A DNA stretch of 32,000 nt from Pseudoalteromonas tetraodonis (GCF_002310835.1 NZ_CP011042.1:180001-212000), one strand, 5' to 3'. Positions 18,339 to 28,715 are shown, numbered from the stretch's first letter. The notes: generated by a model from the sequence alone, not told the origin. Made by a program: numbers and translations.

Positions 18339-18383
18339 ACAAAAAATAATTAACTATTAGTGCCTTACACTAATAGTAGACAG

Positions 18384-19562
18384 TTAGTTCGGTATTTTTA
18401 CCGCGCTAACTTCACCATCACGGGTGTATAAAATCAACTTATCGTCAGCAACAACAGGCTCAACAAAAAAACCTGAGCTGTCAAAGTCTTCACGAGATAC
18501 TAGCTCGCCAGTGTCTTTATTTAACCAATGCAAATTGCCTTCTTGGTCACCTAACGCTAAATAATTACCGGCAACCGCTGGGCCTGTTAAGTACCAGCCA
18601 CGAAGAGCAGGTTGGCTCCAACGCTCAATGCCTGAATCTTTATCAAGTGCATAAACAACGCCGTTACTATCAACAACGTAAATTGTTTGCAAATCCATGG
18701 CAATTTCACGGTAGCTGCTGTATTCACGTTTCCATACAACATTACCAGAACGAATATCAACTGCTGATAAGTTCCCATTGTATGCAATCGCATAAGCAAA
18801 CGGGCCACTAATAAGTGGTTGTGTATCAACATCAACTAAACGCTCAAACTCTGATGCGCCTTTTGCTACTGCAATTTCTGCGCTCCACGCTGAGTAGCCG
18901 CTCTCAGAAATTAAAACACTGAGCTTACCTGTTTCAAGGCCAACCAACACACCACCATTAGCGACGGTTGGTGAACTTTGACCGCGTAAGGTAAGTGCTG
19001 GCACTTCTTGCTCAAAGCTCCAGCGCTCTTCACCCGTATCAGGATGCAGGGCCAGTAACTTACCTGATGCTAAATTAACAAACACTAAACCATCGCCTGC
19101 AGCAGGTTTAGACAGTGATTCGCCTGGTACTTTTTTACGCCATACCTCTTTACCTGTCTCACGATCAAGGGCAATGACATAGCCATGTTCTGAACCTAAA
19201 TAGATTTTACCATAAGCTTGTAATATTCCGCCTGATAATTTTGCACTATCGTTATCGCTCCAAGGCCAAAACGATAAATCATGACGAACATCGGTTTCCC
19301 AAAGCGTATCACCATTGGCAAGTGATAACGCTTCTACTTGGCCTTCGCGACTCGCTACATACACAGTATCTTTATAAACAGCTGGTGATAGGCGTGAGAA
19401 GTAATGCTCTACACCGCTACCTATTGATTCTTGCCAAACAACTTCTGTTTCAAACTGATTGGCTATTTCAGGAAGTACCAGTTCTTCATCATCATCACTT
19501 GATGAACAGCCCATAAGTGTTGCTATACAAAGGGCGAGCGTTGCTGTTGTTATTTTTCTCAT
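18384..19562 (-). CDS. bamB: Outer-membrane protein assembly factor BamB (PQQ-like beta-propeller lipoprotein)
   Basis: It has a lipobox (ATLMGCSS), repeated W-containing propeller blades, and the conserved position between yfgM and der. Confidence 0.95.
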   Translation of the reverse strand: MRKITTATLALCIATLMGCSSSDDDEELVLPEIANQFETEVVWQESIGSGVEHYFSRLSPAVYKDTVYVASREGQVEALSLANGDTLWETDVRHDLSFWPWSDNDSAKLSGGILQAYGKIYLGSEHGYVIALDRETGKEVWRKKVPGESLSKPAAGDGLVFVNLASGKLLALHPDTGEERWSFEQEVPALTLRGQSSPTVANGGVLVGLETGKLSVLISESGYSAWSAEIAVAKGASEFERLVDVDTQPLISGPFAYAIAYNGNLSAVDIRSGNVVWKREYSSYREIAMDLQTIYVVDSNGVVYALDKDSGIERWSQPALRGWYLTGPAVAGNYLALGDQEGNLHWLNKDTGELVSREDFDSSGFFVEPVVADDKLILYTRDGEVSAVKIPN

Positions 19563-19572
19563 GCCTAAAACC

Positions 19573-20193
19573 TTATGCCGCTGGGCTAGTTACTGCTAGG
19601 TCATCTAACTTAATTTGTAATAGAGGATTGCTGGTTAATCCACCGGCATCAACCGCAGCTTGGTAGGCTACGCGTGCTTGTTCTTTATTGCCTTGCTGAG
19701 TGTAAATATCGCCTTTTAACTCAGCAATATTTGCATTAAATGCCTCTGGCAATGGTGAATTTAATGTAGTTAATGCGTCATCGTATTGTTGTTGAGCAAT
19801 TTGCACACGCGCTAAACGCGTAGTGGCAATGGCTTTTAGCTGCGCGTTATCGACATTTGATACAATCCAGCTTAGCTTTTCATTCGCTACATCTAATTTT
19901 TGTGCATCTACCGCTTCTTTTGCAGCAACAAATGCCGCTAAAGTTGCGTACTGAGTGTCTTTATTTTCACTGATGAAGGCATCAGCAGAGGCTAATACGT
20001 CATCACTTTCAACAAGCTTAGTGTAGGCATCAGATGCTTGCTCTGCTGTTGTTATTTGGTTTTGGTTGTAGGCCTTCCAACCGTACAAACCACCTAAGCC
20101 AACAATTACACCTAACGCAAGTGATAGGCCGTTTTCACGAAAAAAGCGTTTAATCGCTTCTGCTTGTTGTTCTTCAGTTGAATAAATTTCCAT
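19573..20193 (-). CDS. yfgM: YfgM-family membrane-anchored TPR-like protein (ancillary SecYEG-associated)
   Basis: The N-terminus (EEQQAEAIKRFFRENG) is followed by a single TM segment and a TPR-like periplasmic domain. It sits in the conserved hisS-yfgM-bamB position. Confidence 0.9.
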   Translation of the reverse strand: MEIYSTEEQQAEAIKRFFRENGLSLALGVIVGLGGLYGWKAYNQNQITTAEQASDAYTKLVESDDVLASADAFISENKDTQYATLAAFVAAKEAVDAQKLDVANEKLSWIVSNVDNAQLKAIATTRLARVQIAQQQYDDALTTLNSPLPEAFNANIAELKGDIYTQQGNKEQARVAYQAAVDAGGLTSNPLLQIKLDDLAVTSPAA

Positions 20194-20238
20194 GCTTACC
20201 TCTATTAAAGCGCTTTACTCGCTGCGCTTTATGTAATT

Positions 20239-21519
20239 TTAACTATTAATTAGTTCTGCAAGTAGCGCTTTAGCTTGTTCTAGTTCTAATGTGACTTGTT
20301 CTTTACGCTCACGTAAATACTTTATGGTCACAACGCCTTGCTCTAATTCATCTTCACCGATAATAACCGCGACTAATGCATCGCTTTTATCAGCACGTTT
20401 TAATTGTTTTTTAAAGTTACCACCGCCAGCATGCACCATAACGCGTAATCCAGGTACGTCTCGACGTAACGTAGATGCAATAATAGGCGCTTGAATGCTG
20501 GCTTTGTCGCCCATGGCTGCTAAATATACATCAGTACTACGGCGTATGTCACCTACACATTCAAGTGCTTGAAGTAGTAAAACTAGGCGCTCTAATCCCA
20601 TCGCAAAACCAACTGCCGGGGTTGATTTACCGCCTAATTGCTCAACTAAGCCATCATAACGACCACCGGCACATACTGTACCCTGTGCACCTAAGCTATC
20701 GGTTACCCATTCAAATACAGTACGGTTGTAATAATCTAAGCCACGAACTAGCTTTTCATTAACCGTGTATTTGACGCCTGCGGCATCTAATCGTTCACAT
20801 AAATTTTCAAAATGTTCTTTTGATTCAGTATCTAAATGTTCAGATAATTTTGGCGCATCCACTAATATTGCCTGTATATCTGGGTTTTTAGTATCCAAAA
20901 CGCGCAGCGGGTTAGAGTACATACGACGCTTAGAGTCTTCATCTAGTACATCGGTATGTTGTTCTAAGAAGGCAATTAAGGCATCACGGTACTGCGCGCG
21001 CGCTTCATTTGAGCCTAATGAGTTAAGCTCTAAGCGTACATGGTCGCTTATGCCAAATGCTTCCCAAAGTTGCGCCGTGAGTAATATAACTTCAGCGTCT
21101 ATATCGGCGCTGGCAATACCAAAGGTTTCTAAACCAAATTGGTGAAATTGACGGTAACGACCTTTTTGTGGGCGTTCATGGCGAAACATAGGGCCCATGT
21201 ACCAAAGGCGTTGTTCTTGATTGTATAACAGGCCATTTTCGTTACCTGCACGTACACACACCGCGGTACCCTCAGGGCGCAGAGTTAAATTATCACCGTT
21301 ACGATCGGCAAAGGTGTACATTTCTTTTTCTACAATATCGGTTACTTCACCAATAGAGCGTTTAAATAGGTCGGTTGATTCTACAATTGGAAAACGAATT
21401 TCTTGATAACCAAACGATGATACGGTCTCGCGTAAAATGTGCTCTACTTTCTGCCAAACTTGCGTATCGCCTGGCAGGCAATCGTTCATACCGCGAACTG
21501 CCTGAATTTGTTTTGCCAC
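20239..21519 (-). CDS. hisS: Histidine--tRNA ligase
   Basis: Class II aaRS motifs are present ([34 protein letters not shown]-type CAGGRYDGL). It is 426 aa long. Confidence 0.98.
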   Translation of the reverse strand: MAKQIQAVRGMNDCLPGDTQVWQKVEHILRETVSSFGYQEIRFPIVESTDLFKRSIGEVTDIVEKEMYTFADRNGDNLTLRPEGTAVCVRAGNENGLLYNQEQRLWYMGPMFRHERPQKGRYRQFHQFGLETFGIASADIDAEVILLTAQLWEAFGISDHVRLELNSLGSNEARAQYRDALIAFLEQHTDVLDEDSKRRMYSNPLRVLDTKNPDIQAILVDAPKLSEHLDTESKEHFENLCERLDAAGVKYTVNEKLVRGLDYYNRTVFEWVTDSLGAQGTVCAGGRYDGLVEQLGGKSTPAVGFAMGLERLVLLLQALECVGDIRRSTDVYLAAMGDKASIQAPIIASTLRRDVPGLRVMVHAGGGNFKKQLKRADKSDALVAVIIGEDELEQGVVTIKYLRERKEQVTLELEQAKALLAELINS

Positions 21520-21705
21520 TGATAAATCCTAAATCTGTTTATGTGCAGTCTTAGACTGCAACCACGTAAAACTAAAAAAATCGACCGCGCATTATAACCC
21601 TAACTACAAGGTAATTGCGAGTATAGCGGTGTGTATGTAATTTGTACTGCGCTGTGAATGCCGCTACTAAAAAAGTCAATTGAATGCATATTGCTGGCGT
21701 TTAAA

Positions 21706-22824
21706 TCACTCTACGATTTTTATATCGATTGGTGTTTGTTGCTGCTTTTGCTCGATAAAATCGCGCACATAGCCTTCGAGCTGATCAACAATATTATTGT
21801 TATCAATACGGGCTTTTTGGCGTTCGCCATTTATGTATAAGCCTGAGCGACGGTTTGCACCGGCAAGGCCAATATCACTGACTAGCGCTTCGCCTGGCCC
21901 GTTAACCACACAGCCAATGACTGACACTGAAACTGGCTCAATAATATCTTCTAAACGCTCTTCAAGTTGATTCATGGTGCTCACTACATCAAACTCTTGG
22001 CGCGAACAGCTAGGGCAAGCAATAAAATTAATGCCGCGAGAGCGAATACGCAATGATTTTAATATATCAAAGCCTACTTTTATTTCTTGAACTGGATCCG
22101 CTGCTAGTGATACACGCAGTGTGTCACCAATACCTTCAGCCAATAGCATGCCTAAACCAACAGCCGATTTAACTGAACCAGAGCGCATGCCGCCTGCTTC
22201 AGTAATCCCTAAATGCAGTGGCTGGTCGATTTCTTTTGCGAGCAAGCGATACGCGCCAACCGCTAAAAATACGTCTGACGCTTTCACCGAAATTTTAAAT
22301 TGGTCAAAGTCTAAGCGACGTAATATATCTACATGGCGCATAGCCGATTCTAATAAGGCTTCAGGTGTTGGCTCGCCGTATTTTTCTTGTAGGTCGCGCT
22401 CAAGTGATCCACCATTTACGCCAATACGAATTGGAATATTGTGCTCACGGGCTGAGTCGACAACCGCTCTAATACGCTCTTCACTGCCAATATTGCCTGG
22501 GTTGATACGTAAACAATCAACGCCATACTTTGCTACTTTTAATGCAATGCGGTAGTCAAAGTGAATATCAGCAACCAGCGGTATCGATACCTGCTCTTTA
22601 ATACTTTTAAATGCTTCAGCGGCATCCATAGTTGGTACAGATACACGCACTATGTCAGCACCGGCATCTTGAATCGCTTGAATTTGAGCTACTGTGGCAT
22701 CAATGTCCATTGTGTCTGTGTTAGTCATTGACTGCACGGCAATTGGTGCACCATCACCAATAGGAACATTACCCACATTTATGCGGGTGGATTTTCTGCG
22801 TTTTATAGGAGATTCTGAAAACAT
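21706..22824 (-). CDS. ispG: 4-hydroxy-3-methylbut-2-en-1-yl diphosphate synthase (flavodoxin)
   Basis: 372-aa ORF with [16 protein letters not shown], and the Fe-S cysteines ACPSCSR...GCVVNGPGE. Confidence 0.98.
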   Translation of the reverse strand: MFSESPIKRRKSTRINVGNVPIGDGAPIAVQSMTNTDTMDIDATVAQIQAIQDAGADIVRVSVPTMDAAEAFKSIKEQVSIPLVADIHFDYRIALKVAKYGVDCLRINPGNIGSEERIRAVVDSAREHNIPIRIGVNGGSLERDLQEKYGEPTPEALLESAMRHVDILRRLDFDQFKISVKASDVFLAVGAYRLLAKEIDQPLHLGITEAGGMRSGSVKSAVGLGMLLAEGIGDTLRVSLAADPVQEIKVGFDILKSLRIRSRGINFIACPSCSRQEFDVVSTMNQLEERLEDIIEPVSVSVIGCVVNGPGEALVSDIGLAGANRRSGLYINGERQKARIDNNNIVDQLEGYVRDFIEQKQQQTPIDIKIVE

Positions 22825-22829
22825 AGCGA

Positions 22830-23699
22830 CTACTCTGCTAAGGGTAATTTAAATTTAGCTAAACGGTTTTTAGGAAAGGCCGAAATATCAACTGGCTCAC
22901 CATTTAGGGTAATACGAACAACATCATGCTTGCCTAATACCACTGAAAAAGGCGCTACTCCGGTTAGGGTCATTTCGTAGCCTGCTTTTTTTACACCAAA
23001 AGCAATTTTTTCATCATTGGCATCGTGAATTTCTACCCAGCTCTCATCGTTAAACATCATAAAAATGGTGCTTAAATCACTGTTTTTTGGTTCACTGGTG
23101 CTCTGTGCATCATTAACTGGCGCGGCTTGAATTTTTTGTTGCTCATTTTGTAATGCTGAACTCACTTCTTCTGCAGATTCACTGTCATTTAAAAGTGCCT
23201 CGTCGGCGGCTTCAGCTAACAGTTTTGTGTTTTCTTGTTGCTCCGAAATAAGCGAGTTATTAGCATTAATAGTGTTAGTTTGTTCATCAATAGGCGTTGC
23301 ATTTTGCCACCACCATACAGCTGATGAACCAATAACAATGGCTAGTATTAAATAGCTTACCGTCATCAGTCGACTGTCATGCGCTTCTTTTTCTGTGCGC
23401 CTTGAAAAGCTTTGCATATCTACTAGCTTATCTGATGTGCTAAAAGCAGGCAGCATGGCTAAAATAGCGCTGCTATCTATGCTTAGTGTGCGGCAATAAT
23501 TTTTTATATAGCCTTTAACGAACGTTTTTGCACCGAGTAAATGATACTCGTCGCTTTCAATATGCTCAACTTGTGATTCTGTTAGCTTTAATAGCGAGGC
23601 GATTTCAGCAAGGCTGATATTTGCATTTTCTCTATGCGATTTTAGCATTTGTCCTACAGAGGGTCCGTCGCTCTGCGGTTGTGTATTATCTTCATTCAT
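22830..23699 (-). CDS. rodZ: Cytoskeleton protein RodZ (XRE-type HTH, TM segment, C-terminal DUF4115-like domain)
   Basis: It has an N-terminal HTH ([25 protein letters not shown]), a TM segment ([20 protein letters not shown]) and a conserved C-terminal beta domain. It lies 5 nt upstream of ispG. Confidence 0.92.
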   Translation of the reverse strand: MNEDNTQPQSDGPSVGQMLKSHRENANISLAEIASLLKLTESQVEHIESDEYHLLGAKTFVKGYIKNYCRTLSIDSSAILAMLPAFSTSDKLVDMQSFSRRTEKEAHDSRLMTVSYLILAIVIGSSAVWWWQNATPIDEQTNTINANNSLISEQQENTKLLAEAADEALLNDSESAEEVSSALQNEQQKIQAAPVNDAQSTSEPKNSDLSTIFMMFNDESWVEIHDANDEKIAFGVKKAGYEMTLTGVAPFSVVLGKHDVVRITLNGEPVDISAFPKNRLAKFKLPLAE

Positions 23700-24010
23700 A
23701 ATATGTATGAGTCTGGATCCACGAGTAAAAGTTAATGTTTTGGCTTAATAACCAGAGTAAGACTTTGTTTTTATTTTTAGTGTTCGGTTATTCTTGCTAC
23801 TGGAATGCACGCTTTTAAAGGGTATCATCAGCTGCGGTTTTATAAAAACGTTACTATTGTCCTTTTAAAATTTTTGCTGTTTTTATTTTTAAAGCCCTTT
23901 AATGCACCTAACATATAGCAGTTTAGCATTGAATCACACTGAAATGCTAAATTGGTTTACAGCAAAACGAGCGATATCAACCGATACACTCGTTTTTACT
24001 CTTATTTTAC

Positions 24011-24278
24011 TAGGGTCTGTTGACCTTTGCGGATTAATATTTGTTCAAACTAGGGGCAATTTAATCGCGGCGCGAGGTTTGTAACCTAGTGGGCTAAGTA
24101 AAAACCGAGCAACAAAGAGTTAATTGCCCCTAGGCAGAACCCTTCGGGCAGCGCCTGTTTGGCATTGATACTACGTTATCGCCTATTTATGGGGAATAAC
24201 CACACCACATAAGCTCTGCCTTGCCTAAATACCAAACAGGCTGCTGCAAATTTAACCTTGAAAGGTCAACAGACCCTA
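24011..24278. repeat. 268-nt inverted-repeat-bounded, highly structured element (candidate ncRNA or MITE) in the pilW-rodZ spacer
   Basis: The termini are a perfect 18-bp inverted repeat: TAGGGTCTGTTGACCTTT (24011-24028) and AAAGGTCAACAGACCCTA (24261-24278). A nested perfect 12-bp helix pairs CTAGGGGCAATT (24050-24061) with AATTGCCCCTAG (24122-24133). A 10+4-bp helix pairs 24149-24162 with 24232-24246. There is a C(UUCG)G-type tetraloop at 24141-24148. Confidence 0.6.
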
Positions 24279-24318
24279 ATTTAAAAAGGTATTTGTGTCT
24301 TTGTTGTATTTTTGCAGC

Positions 24319-25254
24319 TTACTTTACTGAATCATCAGAGCTTACTGCAGATGTTGGACTTTTTTTACGAATAATTTTTATTTTTGGCTCCACAATAATT
24401 TGATTGTTATTACTGCTTTCTTGTAATTCATCAAGTTGTGCTTGGCGGTACTTTTCGCGCAGCACTTCAAACTCTGTTCGCCTTAATTGGTTGTCACGAA
24501 TGGCGTTAGCTTGAATACTATTTGGGTATGTTTGCAAAATGGTAGCTGCAATTTTTTCAGCATCTTCTATTCTACCCATACGCTGTTTAATTAAATAACT
24601 AAGTAATAAAGCCCGTGCAGACACACGGCCAGTATCGTCATGGTGCTTTAAAACGTCGCTGGCTTTATGTAAGTCACTTTTAGCATAAAAAAGGGCGGCT
24701 AAGCTAATTAGGGTCGATGTACGCTGCGAGCTGTGGTTTAGCGCTTGTTGAAAGTAGCTTTCTGCATTTGTAAAGTCATTAAACTCAATGGCGCATAAGG
24801 CTAAATTTTCATAGCTTTGTGCTACACGAATATAACTTGGAATTTCAATCGCTTTTAAAAATTGATCGGTAGCGCGATCATACTCATCAATACTACATAA
24901 AAACGTACCGTAGTTATTTAGGGTGTTCGGATCGTCAGGCTTAATCGTCAACGCTTTTTGATAGGCTTTGTCGGCTAATGCATTTTCGCCAACTTGTTGG
25001 TAGTAATAAGCTAAAGAATAATGAACTTCGGGGAGGTTTGGTGCATATTCGCTCGCACGCTCAAGGTTATATTTTGCTTGGGAATTATTGCCGGTGTTTA
25101 AATATTGTAATGCCAAAGCAATGCGGGTACGCGCTGCGCCTGCGTTGTTTATTTTATTTTCGACGACGGGTTTGTCACTGCCGTTGTAACTATTTTCAGT
25201 AACACAACCGCTTAAAAGTAGTGTTGATAGTGCTAAAGCAAGTAAAGATCGCAT
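24319..25254 (-). CDS. pilW: Type IV pilus biogenesis/stability TPR lipoprotein PilW (PilF-type)
   Basis: It has a lipobox (LLLSGCVTE) and multiple TPR repeats, and it sits in the conserved position between rlmN and rodZ. It carries a ~55-aa low-complexity C-terminal tail. Confidence 0.88.
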   Translation of the reverse strand: MRSLLALALSTLLLSGCVTENSYNGSDKPVVENKINNAGAARTRIALALQYLNTGNNSQAKYNLERASEYAPNLPEVHYSLAYYYQQVGENALADKAYQKALTIKPDDPNTLNNYGTFLCSIDEYDRATDQFLKAIEIPSYIRVAQSYENLALCAIEFNDFTNAESYFQQALNHSSQRTSTLISLAALFYAKSDLHKASDVLKHHDDTGRVSARALLLSYLIKQRMGRIEDAEKIAATILQTYPNSIQANAIRDNQLRRTEFEVLREKYRQAQLDELQESSNNNQIIVEPKIKIIRKKSPTSAVSSDDSVK

Positions 25255-25370
25255 TGCCTTGTCTCTTTATATATTTCCATAGCCTCTATCTTACCTCAAA
25301 GCCTTTGTGTTGCATCATTTATTTAAAAATAAACGAGTTATCACAAAGGCACCAGAGTCTTTTATAACGT

Positions 25371-26501
25371 TTAGGCTTGATGAATATTTACTGCAATTGC
25401 ATTGTCATCACGCATTTTCTTTTTAGCCATACGTTTTGTTCTATCAACCACATCGCCAGCTAATTGACCACAGGCAGCGTCAATGTCGTCCCCTCGTGTA
25501 CGACGAACAATACAGGTAATCCCCGCAGCTTGTAATACCTTTGAAAAACGGTCAATTCGGCTGTTGCTAGAGCGCGTGTATTCGTTACCCGGGAACGGGT
25601 TAAACGGAATAAGGTTTACCTTAGATGGCGTCCCTTTTAACGTTTTAACCAGCTCATGTGCTTGGTCGGTACTGTCGTTAACGCCATTAAGCATAACGTA
25701 TTCAATAGTCACGTCTTTATTGGCTTTAGAGCCATCGATATAACGACGACAGGCCGCTAAAAATTCTTCAATTGGGTACTTTTTATTAATGGGTACCAAA
25801 ATATCACGCAGTGCGTTATCAGGGGCGTGAAGTGAAATAGCCAGTGCTACGTCGATTTTTTCTTTCAATAAATCAAGGGCAGGTACTACACCCGAGGTAC
25901 TTAATGTTACGCGGCGCTTAGATAAACCAAAGCCCCAGTCGTCCATCATCAGCTCCATCGCTGGTACGACGTTTTTGACGTTAAGTAATGGCTCGCCCAT
26001 CCCCATCATAACGACGTTAGTGACAGGGCGTTTTTCACTGTTGCCATCAAGGCCAATGTCTTTGGCTACACGCCATACTTGGCCAATAATTTCCGACACT
26101 TTTAAGTTACGGTTAAAGCCTTGTTGTGCCGTTGAGCAAAACGTACATTCCAGTGCACAACCCACTTGAGACGATACACATAAGGTGGCACGATCTTTTT
26201 CTGGGATCCAAACTGCCTCTACTTCTTGGCCGCCCTCTAGTACTAATGCATATTTAATAGTACCGTCGCTGGCTTGCTGGCGAACTGAAATTTCGGGTGC
26301 AACGATTTCACACTCGTTTTTAAGCTTTTCTTTTAGCTTTTTGTTTACGTTGCTCATTTCGTCGAAATTATCTACGCCAAAATGATAAATCCATTTCATC
26401 ACCTGATCGCCACGAAATGGCTTTTCACCGAATGATACAAATAACTCTCGCATTGCATCTCGGTTTAAATCTAATAAGTTAATCTTTTTTTGCTCGGTCA
26501 T
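25371..26501 (-). CDS. rlmN: 23S rRNA/tRNA (adenine-C2)-methyltransferase RlmN (radical SAM)
   Basis: It has the radical-SAM motif [15 protein letters not shown], and a conserved C-terminal Cys (DIDAACGQL). It is 376 aa long. Confidence 0.97.
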   Translation of the reverse strand: MTEQKKINLLDLNRDAMRELFVSFGEKPFRGDQVMKWIYHFGVDNFDEMSNVNKKLKEKLKNECEIVAPEISVRQQASDGTIKYALVLEGGQEVEAVWIPEKDRATLCVSSQVGCALECTFCSTAQQGFNRNLKVSEIIGQVWRVAKDIGLDGNSEKRPVTNVVMMGMGEPLLNVKNVVPAMELMMDDWGFGLSKRRVTLSTSGVVPALDLLKEKIDVALAISLHAPDNALRDILVPINKKYPIEEFLAACRRYIDGSKANKDVTIEYVMLNGVNDSTDQAHELVKTLKGTPSKVNLIPFNPFPGNEYTRSSNSRIDRFSKVLQAAGITCIVRRTRGDDIDAACGQLAGDVVDRTKRMAKKKMRDDNAIAVNIHQA

Positions 26502-26624
26502 GTAACAACCTCAATCGGTGGCGGTGATGGTAAAAATTTACAAGGGCGAATTGTACATAATTCACCCACTATAATCATTAAGTAAAACATCATAAATAAA
26601 CGATTAATACTTTACGTAATGACT

Positions 26625-26648
26625 AAAAAAGGGCTCGAAAGCCCTTTT
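26625..26648 (-). terminator. Rho-independent terminator downstream of ndk
   Basis: The GGGCT-CGAA-AGCCC hairpin (26631-26644) is flanked by an A6 run on the plus strand, which reads as a T-run after the hairpin on the minus strand. Confidence 0.75.
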
Positions 26649-26684
26649 CATACTTTGCATCACAGGGTTAGCTGTGAACTCGAA

Positions 26685-27116
26685 TTAACGAGTACGTGGG
26701 CAAAGTTCTTCGTCAGCGAAGAAGTACGCAATTTCGCGAGCAGCAGATTCAACAGCGTCTGAACCGTGAACCGCATTTTCGTCGATGCTATCAGCGTAGT
26801 CTGCACGTAAAGTACCCGCAAGCGCTTCAGCTGGGTTAGTAGCACCCATGATTTCACGGTTTTTAAGAACAGCGTTTTCGCCTTCAAGAACGGTAACCAT
26901 TACTGGGCCAGAAGTCATGAAAGATACTAAAGCACCAAAGAAAGGGCGCTCGCTGTGCTCAGCGTAGAAACCTTCAGCTTTCTCTTGTGAAAGGTGAACC
27001 ATTTTAGCTGCAACGATTTTAAGACCCGCAGTTTCGAAACGGTTGTAGATTGCGCCGATGTGGTTTTTAGCAACTGCATCAGGTTTTATGATTGAAAAAG
27101 TACGCTCTAAAGCCAT
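26685..27116 (-). CDS. ndk: Nucleoside-diphosphate kinase
   Basis: 143-aa ORF with [15 protein letters not shown], the active-site region NAVHGSD, and a typical length. Confidence 0.98.
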   Translation of the reverse strand: MALERTFSIIKPDAVAKNHIGAIYNRFETAGLKIVAAKMVHLSQEKAEGFYAEHSERPFFGALVSFMTSGPVMVTVLEGENAVLKNREIMGATNPAEALAGTLRADYADSIDENAVHGSDAVESAAREIAYFFADEELCPRTR

Positions 27117-27389
27117 CTTTGTGCTCCAATAATTTTTAAGTGAAAGTGTGAATATTAACGGGCGCGAATTATACGCGTTTTAACGAAAAAAACCTAATTT
27201 ATTATATCAACCATGTTATTTTGATTTAAGGGCGTTTAATTTTGAGCTTATAACCATGCTATTACGTATATTATTTTTAAATACTTCCGCTATATTTACG
27301 TCTATGTTAACAAATGGTTTTAGTTGTTAATAATAATTACAATAAACGCTCAATGTATAGTTCATACATCTCAATACTAGGATAACCAT

Positions 27390-28715
27390 ATGTTTTTTAA
27401 CCAATCTTTAAAGAATCAAGTTGCTGATTTACAAAACAAACTTTTAGTTAGAGAGCAGGTTAGACAAAGCTTAGACAGTGAAATGCTAGTTTTAGAGCTT
27501 GATATGCAAGGTCATGTTATAAGACAAAATAAGAATTTTGAACGTACATTCAGCTATTCAAATAGTCAGTTGCTTAACCAGAATATTATTAACTTTATTC
27601 CTGAAAATGCACGGAATAATCCTGATTTTAATTTATTTAAACAAGCAATAAGTAAGCGTGAGCACTATGTAGGTGCTATTCAGTTGCTACACCAAAACGG
27701 GCAACGAGACTGGTTACGCTGCATTTTACATCCTATAAAAAACGAGCAAGGCCAGCTTGAGTATTTAACCCTGCATTGCACTGTGCTTACACAAATAATT
27801 GAAAGCTCAAGAGAAAACGAAGATTTAATTAAAGCCTTGCATCGTTCAACGGCGGTTATTGAGTTTGATACTCAAGGTATGGTGCTGCGTGTTAATGACA
27901 ACTTTTTAAAAAGTATGGGTTATTCAAAGCAAGACGTGGTGGGCAAGCATCATAGTATGTTTTGTGATGAGCAAGTAGCGAGTAGTAAAGAGTATCAGGC
28001 CTTCTGGCAACGTTTGCGTAATGGCGAGTTTATTGCGAGCAGATTTAAACGTATTGATAAACACGGCCATGTAGTTTGGTTAGAGGCTTCATATAATCCT
28101 ATTTTTAATGAAGCAAATGAGCTCTATAAAGTAGTTAAATTTGCCACAGTGATCACTGATCAAGTAAAAAGAGAACTGGCTACAGAGCAAGCGGCGAGTA
28201 TTGCACATGGTACGTCTATCGAAACCGATAACAACGCGGATAAAGGTGCTGAAGTGGTACAAAAAACAGTGCAGGTTATGAACGAATTGTCGGTGCAAAT
28301 GGAGCAAGCTGCTCAAGAAATTTCAGCATTAGATAAACAATCGCAACTCATCGCGAGCATAGTGCAGAGCATTAGCAGTATTGCTGATCAAACTAATTTA
28401 TTGGCACTAAATGCGGCTATTGAGGCCGCGCGCGCCGGCGAGCAAGGCCGTGGATTTGCAGTGGTGGCTGATGAAGTGCGTTTACTTGCCTCAAGAACCA
28501 GTAAAGCGACTGAAGAAATAGTGGATGTTGTACAACAAAACCAAAATTTAACTCAATCAACGGTGGCTGTAATAGAGCAAGGTAAAAATAAAGCGCAACA
28601 AGGCCTAGCGCTCTCCAAAGAATCTGGTGATGTAATGAGTGATATTAAAAAAGGCGCGCAACAAGTTGTTGATGCGGTTAGTCAATTTTCGAACCAATTA
28701 AGCAGTAAAAAATAA
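27390..28715 (+). CDS. Soluble methyl-accepting chemotaxis protein with two N-terminal PAS domains
   Basis: There is no TM segment. Two PAS-like modules (residues ~20-135 and ~145-260) precede an MCP signalling domain with the invariant hairpin [28 protein letters not shown]. An AGGA SD lies 7 nt upstream. Confidence 0.9.
   Translation: MFFNQSLKNQVADLQNKLLVREQVRQSLDSEMLVLELDMQGHVIRQNKNFERTFSYSNSQLLNQNIINFIPENARNNPDFNLFKQAISKREHYVGAIQLLHQNGQRDWLRCILHPIKNEQGQLEYLTLHCTVLTQIIESSRENEDLIKALHRSTAVIEFDTQGMVLRVNDNFLKSMGYSKQDVVGKHHSMFCDEQVASSKEYQAFWQRLRNGEFIASRFKRIDKHGHVVWLEASYNPIFNEANELYKVVKFATVITDQVKRELATEQAASIAHGTSIETDNNADKGAEVVQKTVQVMNELSVQMEQAAQEISALDKQSQLIASIVQSISSIADQTNLLALNAAIEAARAGEQGRGFAVVADEVRLLASRTSKATEEIVDVVQQNQNLTQSTVAVIEQGKNKAQQGLALSKESGDVMSDIKKGAQQVVDAVSQFSNQLSSKK

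Noticed and set aside
20765-21145. 126-aa plus-strand ORF. Similar antisense ORFs occur at 683-907, 1325-1546, 2378-3013, 3100-3393, 4247-5119, 10387-10596, 14294-15164, 16425-16646, 20291-20762, 22121-22555, 25483-26385, 28089-28316, 30142-30453 and 30493-30678.
   Set aside because: All lie entirely inside, and antisense to or out of frame with, strongly supported conserved genes. They are shadow ORFs with no RBS or recognisable motifs.
21544-21560. 7-bp hairpin TGCAGTC-TTA-GACTGCA in the ispG-hisS spacer, as a possible attenuator of hisS.
   Set aside because: It is short and has no T-run or leader peptide. It is not distinguishable from a chance palindrome.
23902-24084. 60-aa ORF in the pilW-rodZ spacer. 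A second one lies at 24221-24403.
   Set aside because: They have no SD and run straight through the hairpins and inverted repeats. The second overlaps the pilW 3' end on the opposite strand. They are most likely chance ORFs in non-coding DNA.
24011-24278. I considered a retron msr/msd, an integron attC site, or the ends of a Tn3-family element (GGGTCTG resembles the GGGGTCTG start of the Tn3 inverted repeat).
   Set aside because: There is no reverse transcriptase, integrase or transposase gene nearby. The ends do not fit the attC core GTTRRRY/RYYYAAC. The Tn3 resemblance is only 7 nt, there is no inner TAAG, and I could find no clean 5-bp target duplication. It is kept only as a generic MITE-or-ncRNA candidate.
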